NCBI GenBank assembly: GCA_011109175.1
Contig: RDEW01000017.1
Location: forward strand, 186,001 to 250,000
Direction: 5' to 3'
Length of the DNA stretch: 64,000 nucleotides
Source of the DNA: Dicyema japonicum
Lineage: Eukaryota; Animalia; Dicyemida
In this document: positions 11,190-24,314 of the stretch, piece after piece
Layout: each line of letters opens with the position of its first letter
Position numbering within the stretch: position 1 is the stretch's first letter
The notes under the pieces: generated by a model
The model's input: the letters and a program-made list of their open reading frames with translations, nothing else
The model's database searches: none
What the model was told of the DNA's origin: nothing
Translations under genes and position numbers: made by a program

Positions 11190-13330
11190 CTTATTTAATG
11201 TCTCTTATAAGATTTAAAAATCTATTGGTATCACTAAAGAAGAAATAAAGTAGCTAACTAATCTGATGACCCTAGTTTCTGAAATTACCAGGGTTTAGTC
11301 AGTTAAAAGCACTCCCGTTTTACCCATAAGCATACTTTGGGTTTCACTTTTACTGTACTCCCTACAATTCGTTCTACTAGTTTTCTATCCAGCTTTTTTT
11401 GCAGGTTTCCGTAATTCACCTAGGTCATTTGCTGTTTTCACTTCCCCCCCCAATTTGGTCATAATCATGATCCGAACAAAAAGGAAGTGTAATTCTCTGC
11501 CGTCCGCGAAAGCTTGGTTGAAAAAGTTCTCCGTGATAAGGTTGCATAGGTCGACACCGTAATTTTATCACTTCCCGCTTATCGATTCCATAGCTCTTAT
11601 AATCGCGTTTTTTAGTTCCTTGGCAGGGAGAAGCTTACAGTTTTTCTCAGCTGATTTCTGTAATGTCCGTTAAGTTCCTCAAGATCAGTTTGACGTTCCT
11701 CACATTCCCGAGTTATAGACTAGGATTGGTTGTACGGACATAGTATATAAACGCAACCATAGATTTAGAAAGAGGTCCCTTCTATGCGTCCAAATGCTCC
11801 ATTTTTCATTGACAGACAGCATTTTTACGAGCAATGTCATCAGCATCTCCCAAAAGCAAACCGAGCTTTTTTTATGAACCTCCACATTTCGTCAACCCGC
11901 TTGGAAATCCGACGTTAGATCGATCCCGAAGGTAATCTCACAACTTTAATAATCCATTTGGGGATTCCGGATTTTTCAAGGACTTCCATTAAAAAGTCGT
12001 GATCAACCGAGTCAAAACTTTTTTGGCATCAATCCATGCAGCATAAGTGATTTATTGATTTATTGACTAGTGCTTGCTTTTGGCATCAATCCACCTCCAT
12101 TTACTTTATTAAGTGATTTATTGACTAGTGCTTGTTCTTTAGCACCCTGACATCTTTTCCTTGTTCCCATCTGGTTTTCAGAAAGAAAGCCCAACGCTTC
12201 CACATAATCCGCTAACATGTCATTGATTCACTTTGTCAAAAGTTTATGGAGTGGCGACGTGCATGTAATAGGGCGTATGTCCTTTGGCGACTGTGAAGCT
12301 TCACATTTTGGGATCAAGTATGTAATTCCAGTAAAAACCAGTTTCCAGGGACGTACTCTCCGTTTACAATCCTAAGCATTTCGGTATAGATAAATTCATG
12401 CAGCGAGGTAAATTTCTTAATGAGAAATTGTAGACCCCATCGCAACCTGGGGTCTTCCAATTCGGCAAATATTGAATCGTTTGTTCGAAACATTTTTCGA
12501 GAATTCAACAGACACATTTTCAGCACCAGTTATTTTTTTCCGATATTAAAACTTTTCGAATTGAGGTATATTATTTTGTCCTCAATTCAAATTCCTTTAA
12601 AATGACCTTCTATTCAATTCAAATATTTGGTTGTCCATACGAAATTTCCTCCTCGCTTCAAATGACGACATTTTTTCTCCATGACTTTAACCTTATCTTG
12701 GATAAAAGACTGGCCCTTTCTCCAGATTGTTTCTTTCTGTATCCAAGTAGCGACAAAGCATGACACCCCATAGACTTCTCGTTATTAAAAAAGTCCTCGT
12801 AAAAAACTTTTCAATAAAAACAAAATGTGATTTCCATTGTTCAATTTTCTTAGTCAAATCCCCCTTCCATTTTGAGGGTTCAAATTTCTTTGTGGTAAGA
12901 GTTTGTTAGGCAGTTTGCCCACCATAAATAATAAAGGAAATTTGATCAATTGATGTTGGGTGATTCAGGCATTCGAAAATATCACATCAACTCTTACATG
13001 AGGAATTTTCTCCGTACGGGGTCTTGAAGAATGGTCAATTGACTGATTCGCCCGTAACTGCTCAATAGAAGTACGCTCACTACAAGCATGGCCTCAATAG
13101 ATGTCGAGGACATATCAGGCTTAGAATATGAGGTCCCCTTCGAATCAAGTTCGTTACTTCGTAATTGTTGACGTTTTTGGAATATATGAGTTTTCTGAAT
13201 TCAGATATTGATATTTCCTCTCCAAACTTACACTTGAAACTTACCAAGAGAGTAGCCCATCCACCTCGGAAGACACGGCCGAGTCTAGAGCGCGTGCTTT
13301 CAATAACCGAGACACCCCATTGTTCTCGAC
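11190..13330 (-). mobile_element. Degraded NeSL/R4-like (REL-type) non-LTR RT fragment
   Basis: Minus-strand pieces IRPITC, NQMGTRKRCQGAKEQALVN, KFDSVDHDFL; many stops and small duplications. Confidence 0.65.
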
Positions 13331-13544
13331 AATCAGCTGTTGAGAAAGATATTATTGCTCGTGGAACTGGAAGTTTTGTGTTGTTTTGTTAAGGACGAAT
13401 CCTCGAAGCATCAGCGTCAGAAACATGTTCGACAAACTCGACGGCCGTTCGACTTGGGTTTTCTTTCCACAAGTCCACACAATCTGATGAATTTAGATGA
13501 TTCTCAGCAACAACAACCATTAACCATTATGTGCAACACTCAAA

Positions 13545-14180
13545 GAAACAATATTTATAGTTAGTCTTTTCCATCTTCCTCTGTCGAATGCGAGTGATCT
13601 CAATTCGTCCAGGTCGTCTCCCGTCTTTAGATTTTTTCTCACACGATTTAAGTCTTTGTTTAGGGCTGTCGAAGTGTCGATCTAGGTCGTCCGCGGAAGG
13701 GTTTTTCGCAACTGTCAAAGTAATCTTCCATTGCTTTGTTAGCGGGTACTTCCGGGTTTATTCTTAGTACATGCCCAAATAGCCTCCACCGGGCATCTAT
13801 CACATCCTTGCTGATGTAAGAACACATCACTTGTAGAAGATACCAGTAGTTAATATTCTACGTGACCATTTCATTCCGAGTAAGCTTTTTAGTTGTCTTC
13901 TATGGAACGAATCCAGTTTTAATAGTTCGTTAAAAAAACTTTCTCAGGTCCCACCGTTTTACAGCAAAATCGGTTTCACAAACGCGTTGTAAAGTCTGCA
14001 TCTGATGTCAATTCCAAGTCCTTTGGCACTTAGCCATTCTTTCTTCAGTTTAGCCATTGCCGCATTTGCCAGTGTTTTCCTCCTTAGTACATCTTCAGCG
14101 TCTCCTAGTAGAGAGCCGAGCTTATTAGTACGTCTCCATCTTTCATGAGTAATATCGTCTTCTCTTTTGATTTCCGTTAA
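13545..14180 (-). mobile_element. RTE-like LINE 3' fragment
   Basis: KLGSLLGDAEDVLRRKTLANAAMAKL; LYNAFVKPILL; RWRLFGHVLR. Confidence 0.75.
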
Positions 14181-14254
14181 CCAGCGACGTGTTACTATTT
14201 TTTATATTATTATTTTTTTAAGTCAAACATAAATATTAGTATTAGTCACAGTTA

Positions 14255-17200
14255 TTATTTCTTTTGCGGTTTAGATTTTATTATAGATTTTTTAGAGCCT
14301 TTTCGTTTGGGAGAGACTGAATCGGGGGTTAGACTTCTTCTGATTTCTAATTTTTTTTCGCGTAAAAAATATATTTCCTTTTCATTCTCATTATGCACTT
14401 TATCGACTTTGACTTGCATTTCTCTCAATTCGTTGATTTGGTTGGTCTTCTCACTGTCGCGATCTGAACGTTCTTTTTGACGGGACCGCGTTATTTCTTC
14501 GTACCATTCGTTGAATTTGGTTAAGTTGTTTTCCTTCTCCTTGATTAGATCCTCTATCAATTCATCCGTCAACATGAGTGGATTTTCGATCAGATTCCTG
14601 GATTCATTACAGAAACTAAACTTCTCATAGAGGGACGCATCAATCTCTTTGATTTCGTCCTTGGCCTGTTTTATGCACATTTGAAGGATTTTGTCGACAT
14701 TTGTGTTCTCCTCAGACTCGGGATAAATATTGTTCTCCTTGTAGTACTCGAGACGGGTGTTAACAGCCTAAATACCATTTTATTCTTACTTTGATGTATC
14801 TCCCAGGTTGAGCTTCTTCCCAGGCCTTTTTAATGACCACGAGTTCTTCATTCCGGCTTATACTTTTGACGACTTCTATGTCCTCCTGAAAGTCACAACT
14901 CCCAAAACCTGTCGATGTCCAGAGCTTACAATCTTGAGCACCCAATGCGGCTTTGATTTGTCAAAAAAGTCATGAGAGGAGTCCAGTTTCAATTTGTCCT
15001 TCCTTTTCCCTTTATCTACGGATTTTTCCATAGCTTGAGAAGTAACTTGGCTCTTCATGTAAACTTTGCGTCATAGAAACAAATACTGTTGAGTTCGTTA
15101 GAATCAAGATGTTTAAGGCTCTCGACAAACTCCTCCTCGGCCTGAGTCATCGGCCAGTCGTAGTTCAAAGCACTGACTTTTATAGAATAGTCGTGCTTCT
15201 CTTCTCCATTTTTCAGAAAAATCACCACCGGGAGGACGGCCGACCCGATTCCTTTTGCAAAGCTAATGACCTCATCTTTATCCCATATTTCCACTAAAAC
15301 AGGAATTTCACTGTGCGAGGTTTCCACGTATATTGTCGTCAAATGCTCTTCAAAGACTCTCACGTGATAGCTGAACTAAAATTTAATCATACTCGGCAAA
15401 AATAGAAGATTCCAGTGGGACGTAGTAGTCCGTTATTTCACGCACATAAAAGCTGTGGCTGATTTCGTTTTTCTCGGACGTAGGAAGTTTACTGTGGTCC
15501 CCAATCAGTCTCAACTTCCATTTTCCGCTCGAAATGGGGTTATCCTTAGTAAAACCTTCTGCTAGAAAAGTATATCCACGCTGAATGATGAAACCACGTT
15601 ACTTTATTCGGTTTATAAATCGCAGGACTTATTTTGTCGAACACTCTTGAAATTTCGTTCCCTGTATCGTTGTCGATCACTCTCAGTCGACAATTTTGGA
15701 AGACAGAGTAAAGTTTAGGGACGACAAGGACTTCCTTAGACACGTGGAATATTCCCCTGGCGGCTAAAGGAACGAGAAAACCTGAATAAAAGAAACCACG
15801 AAAAAGCAGGCTGTTCAGCAAATATTCCCGTATAGTCGCAAAAGGCTACCTGAGTCCATTCTCCAGCATTGAAGGGGAAAAAACGATTTAGATTCGGAAA
15901 CTCAGACAACAAACCACGAAAAATGTTCAGTCCGATTCTTTCAGCTTGATTTTCTAATGGAATGCTTAGTTCAGAGAGTTTCTTGCGATATTCCTCAAAT
16001 TTAGGGTGATCTAGGATAAACCCCATTAAACACCAGAATTTCGTGATTTAACAGCTTGTCTGACCAAATAACTCCGAAAGTATGACTGCAGCTTGACTAT
16101 TGAAATTAGAGAATCCGGAGTCCAACTAAACCTCATCTCATCACATTACATCTGCTGAGACTGACGAGAAGCCCCTAAAAGTGAGGCTAGAACGAAATAC
16201 TCTTTATAGGTTTGTCCGATATTTTGTCATTTTTTGTGCCTTAATTTTTTAAATTTCTAATTTTACTCTTTTTTGAAGTTTTTCCAGCCGTTTTCTGTTC
16301 GGATGAGACTACATAATCATGGATCACGGAAAACCAGAGTTAGCCGATCCTGTTGTTGCTTTATGAGAATATTTTAAGGAGAAATTAAGAATTAAAGCCC
16401 GGAGGGGGTGCCTTATACTATCCATATTCGCTTCTCCAATGGTGGACGATATTTCACTGATAAGGATAGCATAGAACGTCTAAATATCATCCACAGAAAC
16501 AGGAAGAGCATATAAAGGTAATCTACTACATCGAAATATCCATCCAAGGTGGCTTCCGCAAGGGAGTTGTAAGGGCAGTGCAGTTTGTGGAATGAGGACC
16601 ACTCCTTCCTCAAAGCATTCTGGTCGTGCCACAGGTTAAGACAGGAATTGAACGTTTTGACAAAATTAGCTGCATTTTCAATATAGCACGTAGATTCCTA
16701 GTTTATATATTTGAAATTCACTTTTCCCAGTTTCCCCATAAGAGCGTCCTCGTCTAATAAGTAAAACTGAGTATTTGAAAGAAAGTAGGTGTGATACCCA
16801 TATGTGGACGTGGACATGCAACGGAGAACGTGACGGCTACTTTAAGAGATCTGAAATTACCCTTTCGGCAGAATCAACATTTCAGATTTTGTCCCCGCAG
16901 TCCTCAATGTTAGAAGAGGCGGATTCGCAGATTCTATATTCCGCCAACTGTAGGATTCCACCACCAATTGGGCGTGGCAATCTGTCGCAACTCTCTTTTC
17001 ACATTCTTCTATATTTGATTCCGACTCGTGCTCGCTCACGGGGGTGTAAGACTGCTGACTAGATCCCTCATTTAATGTAAAGGCAGTCAAGGAAATGAGA
17101 AGTTCCATTTGCTCATTTGAGTCAATTAAGACAAACAGAGGAGAGTTCTCATCAGGCAAAAGAATCTTGGTAAGTTCACGGAAAACCTGAGTCAGCAACG

Positions 17201-19391
17201 ATTTTTTGTCCTTGGCTGTGTTTGTTGCTGAACTCGTATGAATGTATGCTTATTGCAGCACATATATGCCTGAGGACGGTGATATAGGCATAAATATCTG
17301 GAATTACTCACAATACGACCGGAAACACTGGTAAAAGTCAGCAAAGTCAAGGGACATGCTGTTTAAGCTATGCTTGTACACCTCTTCCTGTGTGACGCTT
17401 ACTTCATCTGTCTCCTTTAATTTTATCTTCTTCACTGCTAATTTAAAAATGTTGAAATAACCCCCGGACTTGTTTTCCTCGGTTGAACTCCGTTTCTGCT
17501 TGCTTTCCCCCTTAGAGGAATCGGCACTGCTAATCTTCCTGCTTCTTGGGGCTTTCAACGTTACCTGAGCGTTATTTTTTAATTTTCATACATTTTGTTT
17601 CACTTTTCGAGTGCTAACTGCGTCAGGTTCAGATTTCTCGGATTGATTTGACTGCTTTTTCTCTGTTTTTGGTTTATCGTCCACTGAAGCTTTGTCGTCC
17701 TCCAGAACCGATCCATTTAGGTTCTGACATTCCTCCCTTCTAAAAATCACGAATGAAGTAACTTGGAGGAACTGATGCGGAAATTAAAGTATGGAGTCAA
17801 AAGTTTGATGAATTTGTATTCAACCGTGGACGCCGAGCTCACTAAGATGAAAAGATTTAAAAACATGTGCTCGATTTCTTCCTTGGCCTTATTAGCTTCC
17901 ACGCTGGGACTGGGGGTTCGACAGGCGGGGGGAATAAAGGAATATCTCGAATTTGCTGCAAAAGTACTGGATGGGGGTTGGATTGACTGAAACCAATCTT
18001 CCGCATTTTAATGCTCACATCAGTCTAAAATACGGGGGAAGCAGTACCATCTGCTGAAGATCAATCATGTTGAATGGATAATTTGGATGTTTGTACTGAG
18101 CGGTCACGATCACTCCCGGTAACTCTGAGAATACGTCTTCCTCCATAGGAGAGTCGCGCTCTTGAGTTAATCAATCTTATACTTGTCACGATTTTCTCCT
18201 TCTTTTTGTCGTCTTTTTCTACCGAGGGGTAACTACTAGTACTCACTTTTATTTTTGATGGACGATTCCTTCGTTTCGACGGGGATGTCCTTGAATAAAA
18301 AGTCGAAGTAAACCACTTGGTTTGAACAAATCTCTTGGAGATCCTCTTTGGGTTCCTCGGTTTCCCATTTGAAGACCTTTAATGATTTTTTTAGTAAATC
18401 CCAAATCGTTTCATATTCAGTATTTAACATTGGGATCGATTCTGGCAGCCAGCCTGTGAGACATTGGATCGCACTAAAGTCCCCAATCTTCCCATCTTTC
18501 ATACTGGGAGATCAAAATAAAAAAAACTCAAGAATTGCTATTTTAAGGAGTCCTTTTGTTAGCAAAAGGGGCCACAACTCGTTCGAGTTTGAGGAAGAAA
18601 CTAAAAGGGGGAGGTTATTCCGATCAAGGGGGATATAATCATCGACAGTAATTTTCCTCCAGCACCCCTACAGTTCGTAAACCATCAACCATCCAAAAAA
18701 GTTTGATACAGTATTTCCCATATTGGTTGAATTGGCATATATTGGGACCACGTGTGATTTTGTTGATTGAATAAATATGCTCCCAGGGTCTCCAATTGTG
18801 GAACGAATTATCAGGTAAGACATAGCATTGGTAAGCTGGGTCAACGTTCGTGGCATTACGCACGTGACTGATTGTCCACAAGAAGGAAATTTCGCAAATA
18901 ATGTGACGGATTATCTAATGTTAACTTGCCGGTACTTCGAATTGATAAACGTGGTCGTTGTTCAGTGTGAGGTCGAAGTCGTAGTATGACGTGGGATCGA
19001 CCACGATGGGGGGTTTGGCCATATATTCACCTGGTTTGTTCCAGGAAATCACATTCTGCTTCAAAAGTTCAGGAAAATTGTTTTTTTCAGGGTCTTCGAA
19101 ATAGTGACAAGACTAAAATGACTTTATTAGCCATACAGTCCGGGACTTGTCCTTATCCTTCGTCTTCACTTGGCCTTCCTTAAAAGTTTAAGAAAAAAAT
19201 ACCCATTTTTCATTATTAACTTCGACATCACTCCATTCCGGCCAGATAACGACTCTTATTTGCTTAGAAGTTACCGTGCTTCTTCTCAGGGAAGACTCGG
19301 TTCTGAAAATATCAGGTAGAGTTTACTTTACTGCTAGTTTACTACTAGTTGTGGACAATACTCTGCCTTGCTGTTTTTTGTTGGATTTCAT
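14255..19391 (-). CDS. ADGB: Androglobin (calpain-like domain, circularly permuted globin, IQ motif), many micro-introns
   Basis: IWPEWSDVEVNNEKW; PWEHIYS...YGKYCIKLFWM|GCWRKITVDD; ELWPLLLTK; CLTGWLPE; PPVPAWKLIR; IQ motif SIVKLQSYFRSYLVR; KKAWEEAQPGR. Confidence 0.9.
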
Positions 19392-19504
19392 TCAAAACTA
19401 TGGAGATAATTTAAAATATTAAGTTGTTTATAAATGAAACTAATTTAATCAATATAATTAAATAATTAAATTTTGTGACTATTTGTCTTTGTGATCCCAT
19501 TCTT

Positions 19505-19655
19505 CTCCGTTCGAATTTCGCTGTTGTTCATTCCGGCTGAAGGTTCTGCGTATCTGCGATACTTATGTTAATGATTAGTAACCCCATCATCTGTGATACC
19601 TCACCATGGAATCGGATTGTTTACAAGAACTCACACGCAAGCAAAAGAAAAAAAG
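19505..19655 (+). mobile_element. SINE family B copy
   Basis: B box GTTCGAAT followed by GAAGGTTC...GTATCTGCGATAC core homologous to 32981, 41862 and 62868 copies. Confidence 0.6.
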
Positions 19656-19800
19656 TTAAGAACATGTTTTGGCCCCCTTCCAGCGATTAGTTAGCACAAC
19701 TGTTCTCTGATACAAAAATAAACTGTGTCCTCACATGAGGAGCTATAATTACTATGGCTCACGTAAAAGTGCTGGTATTTATTATTTTATAAAGATCAGG

Positions 19801-19870
19801 TAAAGTAGTAGTTAGTGTGCTGTCATCTCATCGCGATTAGCTATGGATTCGATACCCCGCATTGCTGCTT
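19801..19870 (+). mobile_element. Isolated tRNA-like SINE head (family A type)
   Basis: TAGTAGTTAG...TCGCGATTAGCTATGGATTCGATACCC matches 2891-2945. Confidence 0.55.
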
Positions 19871-20096
19871 GCTTTGTCTAATGCATGAGCTCCCAACGGA
19901 GGTGCGAGATTTTAAAAATTTATAGTAAATTTTTTAAGAGGAAATCTTTTTCAAATCATAATCTATTATGTTTTAATTAATAACTTTGTACCTAACTACT
20001 TTTTTTGGTTGAAGACTAAATTTATATAAATTTATCCGGAAAAATTTATTATAAAAAATTTTTAAAATCAAGAATTAATTTTAAAATTAATTAATA

Positions 20097-20969
20097 ATGG
20101 CCTGTAACTCCCATGTCAAGAGGATTCTACACTCTATACCTGAATTCTCTATTGACAAGGACGCCGGCCATGCTTGTGAGGCCTGGAGCCGCACTTATCA
20201 GCTTTCTCTGCCTTCCTCGTTCTCTCAGCGGGGCTTGGACGATGCTATATGCTGGAATTCTTTCAAAGATTTTCTAGTGTCATCTAGCCAACATCGCCGT
20301 GCTTGTTTGTTGTCGGGACGTCTTCCGAGAGCGGTGCCTGGCTCAACGCCATCTCCAATGGAGTTCTGGGTACTTTCTGGATGATGAATGCGTCCTATTG
20401 GGAACATTTGCGACTGGGATTGAAAGTCTGTGTTCCACATCCGTGCCGATGTGGAGACAAGATCGACTGTTTTGGCCTACACCTTCTCTCCTGCAGAAAG
20501 AGTGTAGGAAGATTTCCCAGACACATGGCCTTGAACGAAGTCGTTGGGCGAGTTTTGGACGCCGCCGGACACCCCTCCGTGCTCGAACCTGTCGGCCTTT
20601 GCAGGCGGGACGGGAAACGACCAGATGGTATGACAATCTTCCCTTTTGAAGCCGGGAAACTTCTTGTCTGGGACGTTACCTGCACCGACAAATTTGCCTC
20701 TTGCAACCTACTCCAGAGTGCTTCTGGAGCCTGTTGAGAAGATGAAACGGGAAAAGTACAAGGTCCTACCCAAGGATTTTTTGTTTGTTCCATTCGCCGT
20801 TAAGACGTCTGGTTCCCTTGCGCCTGCGACGCTGGAATTCTTGAGTCATCTAGGGAATCGGATCCCTACACGAAAAGGAGACCCTCGTGAGCGCTGCTGG
20901 CTATTCGAGCGAATCTCGCTCGCTATCCTGAGAGGGAATAGCCACGCAGTCAAGGCAGCCTCTATATAA
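20097..20969 (+). mobile_element. 5'-truncated CRE-like element
   Basis: ESGAWLNAI, CRCG..H.LSC, DGKRPDGMTIFPF, FERISLAILRGNS. Confidence 0.88.
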
Positions 20970-21045
20970 CCTTTACTCTATTTTCTTCAATAAAATTTTA
21001 AGAATTAATAATTAAATATTTAGAATTATTTAAGCCATAACAAAA

Positions 21046-21800
21046 TCAATATTCCTCATTCCCCTTATAGAAGCAGGTCATGAGTGAAATGATTATCTAT
21101 TAATGATTATTACAATATACATTCCAGGAGGCCATCCCAAGGGAGATGATATTCACTAATTTTGTCTTGAAGACGTAGACGTTGACGAATGTAGAAAGGC
21201 AGCCACGGTGATAAGCATTGTAGGGAGTGCAAGGCATTTTACTGCAACACGTGATGGGAATTGTCAATATTGAAAACTCTGATGACTTTTCGACGCCACA
21301 GCATTTAAACTGGAATGATGTGTTAAATTCAAACTTTATTCTGAAGGTAATCCACGCTGGAGTTATACTGGCGATATTGGGTGAAGTACTTCCTGAAAAG
21401 CTTCTCAGTCCTGATGCTGTATTGCTTCGCAGTCAATTTTTGGAAGCAAAATGGAATGAGCAGTACTCCCACGGCTATAACACTGAGTATGACAAACTAG
21501 AATATAAAATCGGATTACCAGTATTTTAGTCTTCTTTCCCTTTCCCCCAGTATAGGACAGTCTGGCAGAAAAAATGGCCAAAATTATGGTAAGCAGAGTA
21601 GCACAGTTCAGTAAAGAAAAGGAGAATATACATTCTTGCATAGTCAGTATATTTTTCAGCAAATTAGTATAATCACTGTAGAACGCGTATTGTAGCATCA
21701 ACAGCAGGAAGAAAACACACTAACAGTAAGGTGGGTCACTTACTAGGTTGAATGTGAAATTTATGAAGAAAGTGATGGTATCAAGCCAATTTCGTCCCAT
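21046..21800 (-). CDS. Tetraspanin, divergent
   Basis: Hydrophobic segments; large extracellular loop QFKCCGVE...PITCC...HRGC; short C-tail ending GNEEY*; GT-AG micro-introns. Confidence 0.8.
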
Positions 21801-21949
21801 TTTGTCGATAATTATATATTATTACTTATAAACGGTGACAGTCCGTAAAAATATCCACATTTGGAATTTTTATTCCAAATGTGGAAATCTCTATTTAGTA
21901 ACGCATCACAATTAATGTTAATACATCACACGTTTTACATAACAAACCA

Positions 21950-22625
21950 TTTTTAAGCCATCAGTCTCTACGAGGTTCTGAGGTAGTCCGAAATTTTAAG
22001 CTTTTTTCAAAGGATCCTCCAAATTTAACTCTTAGCAGTCAATTCATGATCTCACTAGACAGCCTATTGGAAAATAACTTTGGAATGTTCCAGAAACAGT
22101 CTCTAGTCATCAAAGCCTCAATTGGCTAAATTAGAATTTTTTTACTTTTCATTTGAAACCTTAAATTGATGTCGTCTATATACTTGTGCAAACAAATTGT
22201 ATTTATGGAGATCCCAAATTTTAGCCAAGCGGTTGATGGTTGGAGAGTCAAAGTACCTCTATTACAAGAAATTGCACTTAGCTTCCCTTGTCTTTTTTAT
22301 TTTCATAAGCATGGATGTGGTAACGGACTTCAGAAACCATAAATTTTAAACAAAGGGAAAAGCGTCGGATCCACAAAGTACTTTGTTCAGTCCCTTCCTG
22401 TTCAAAATTAAAAGAACTCAAAATTTGCTTGACTGATAATAACCCAAATTGAGTCGAAACATCAATTAATTTAGGCGAAAGATCGATTCCTAAAGATATA
22501 GAGGCTAATTCAATATTAGCTGTTAATAACACCCTGGCCACTTAGAAATTATAGTATTGCCGACACTATTAACTCTGTGCTCCGTTTCTGTTACATCGTT
22601 ATGGTCTGACTAATTTCTAAACTAT
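21950..22625 (-). CDS. Possible unknown protein-coding region
   Basis: 87-aa open segment 22278-22541 flanked by micro-intron-like sequence; no family recognised. Confidence 0.25.
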
Positions 22626-22850
22626 GGGGTATTAAGACTTCAAAAGTACAATACAGAAAGTTATATTAAAAACTGTATCTTCTATAAAATAATTTTAATA
22701 AATTAAAGGAAAAAATAATAAAATATTTCTCGGGGGTATTTCAAATAATATTAAAGCGGGAGAATTTAATTTAATTTATTTAATTTAAAGCGGGAGAATA
22801 TGGAAATTTTGCTGTTAATCATTTTAACAAAAAGTATTCGGGATATATAA

Positions 22851-23180
22851 GGCCACGTGGCGCCATGTGGTGCTGCGTGGTTAATTGGTTTAAATTTTCT
22901 GCTTGCTTGTCTGTTCCTCCTCTCTTCCTAATAGAGTGGCGTCATGTGATCCACCTGTCTAGGTGACGCCCAGTGCCAGGCCGGCATGAAAAAGGATCAT
23001 TTGCTCTTCCCCACTCCACTGGAGGGGTTTCCACAACTGCATGTAATGGACGTCTTACCCTTTATGCTGATTCCAGATGGACTCTGTTTCTGTAGAAGTG
23101 GAAACTGGATACACTTAATTAGTTGTTTACTTTAACTTCTTTCTCGGTGTATCCGGGATTAATAAATAAATAACAATAAG
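22851..23180 (+). mobile_element. SINE family A, near full-length (pseudoknot core plus LINE-like 3' end)
   Basis: Highly similar to 38115-38455 (-) and 63385-63562; ends CGGTGTATCCGGGATTAA(TAAA)n. Confidence 0.85.
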
Positions 23181-23561
23181 TATTCGCTCAAATTGCCGAG
23201 ATAAACGAACGTGCAACAATAAGGAATATCTTACCGAATTGCTGATAGAATGTCTTCAAAATAACACGTGGTCATGAAAGCCTCCAAAGTGCAAAAGTAA
23301 AGTTCACTTGAGAATTTTAGGAGTTCACTGTGGTCCTCCCAGTGAACTGATTAATGGTTACATTCGTATGCTGACCAACTACTACTTCGGAGGAGTGGTT
23401 CTTCAGCAGTGCGACAAAGGCTTTGAATATGGAGGGGGTCGCTTGTCAGACAATGTACCTCTGATAAAACGTGGTCAAACGAGTTATATCGATGCAAAAG
23501 TTAAAAATTGAGTGACCATAGGGATACAATGTGGAGGTCCTCCACAGATTGATAATACGTA

Positions 23562-24314
23562 CCATATTTTCCGGTGTATAAGTCGATTCGTTGTATAAGT
23601 CAACCCCCTAAAATTCGACGGAAATTTACGATTTTATAATATATTCTTTGTATACGCATTTTGAATACTATTTACTTTGTAACCCTGTGATATTACGCGC
23701 TGAGAGAGACTAACAACAATGAAGACTTAGAAAGTGATTTATTTTTAGATAAGAAACAATAAATTTGAATTATAAAGTGCTTACACAGATTTCAAAATCC
23801 GTCTTCATCGTCAATATTTCTAAAAAGCTCGTTCCATTCATTTTCGTTTAGTCTGTCGTCATAAGGGCATCTTCTTGGTTTTTTATCCTCAGTTTCCTCC
23901 TCCTATTCCAAGATAAGGTCGTCTTCTGTCCCATCGAGAGCGTTGGAAATGCAGCATTTCTTAAAGGAGCGTTCCACAGTTGACAGCGACACATTATCCC
24001 ACGACTGTTTAATCCATCCTGTTATTATTTCTAACGAGGGTGCTTTCATCGTTCCCCCTAAATACTGAGCAACTTCCACGTTAGAACGCATAATGTGTCC
24101 TTTTAAGAACAGTGAACCCAATATCTGCCCTTGTAAGGACAACCACATTATTCTGCTCTTATATATAATAACTTATTGTGAAGAGTGAATAATTACCGTC
24201 ACATTTGAAGCGATGAATACGAAGTTGAATTTCATGACTCGGCGTATAAGTCGAGGTCGATTTTTTAGTCGAATTTTAATCGAAAAAGGTCGACTTATAC
24301 ACCGGCAAATACGG
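23562..24314 (-). mobile_element. pogo/Tigger-like internally deleted DNA transposon
   Basis: TIRs CCATATTTTCCGGTGTATAAGTCGA / TCGACTTATACACCGGCAAATACGG, TA duplication on both sides; SFKKCCISNALDGTEDD. Confidence 0.92.

Noticed and set aside
21180-21310. RING finger from Cys/His-rich HRGCL
   Set aside because: The CCG, PxxCC and GC pattern with flanking TM helices indicates a tetraspanin loop.
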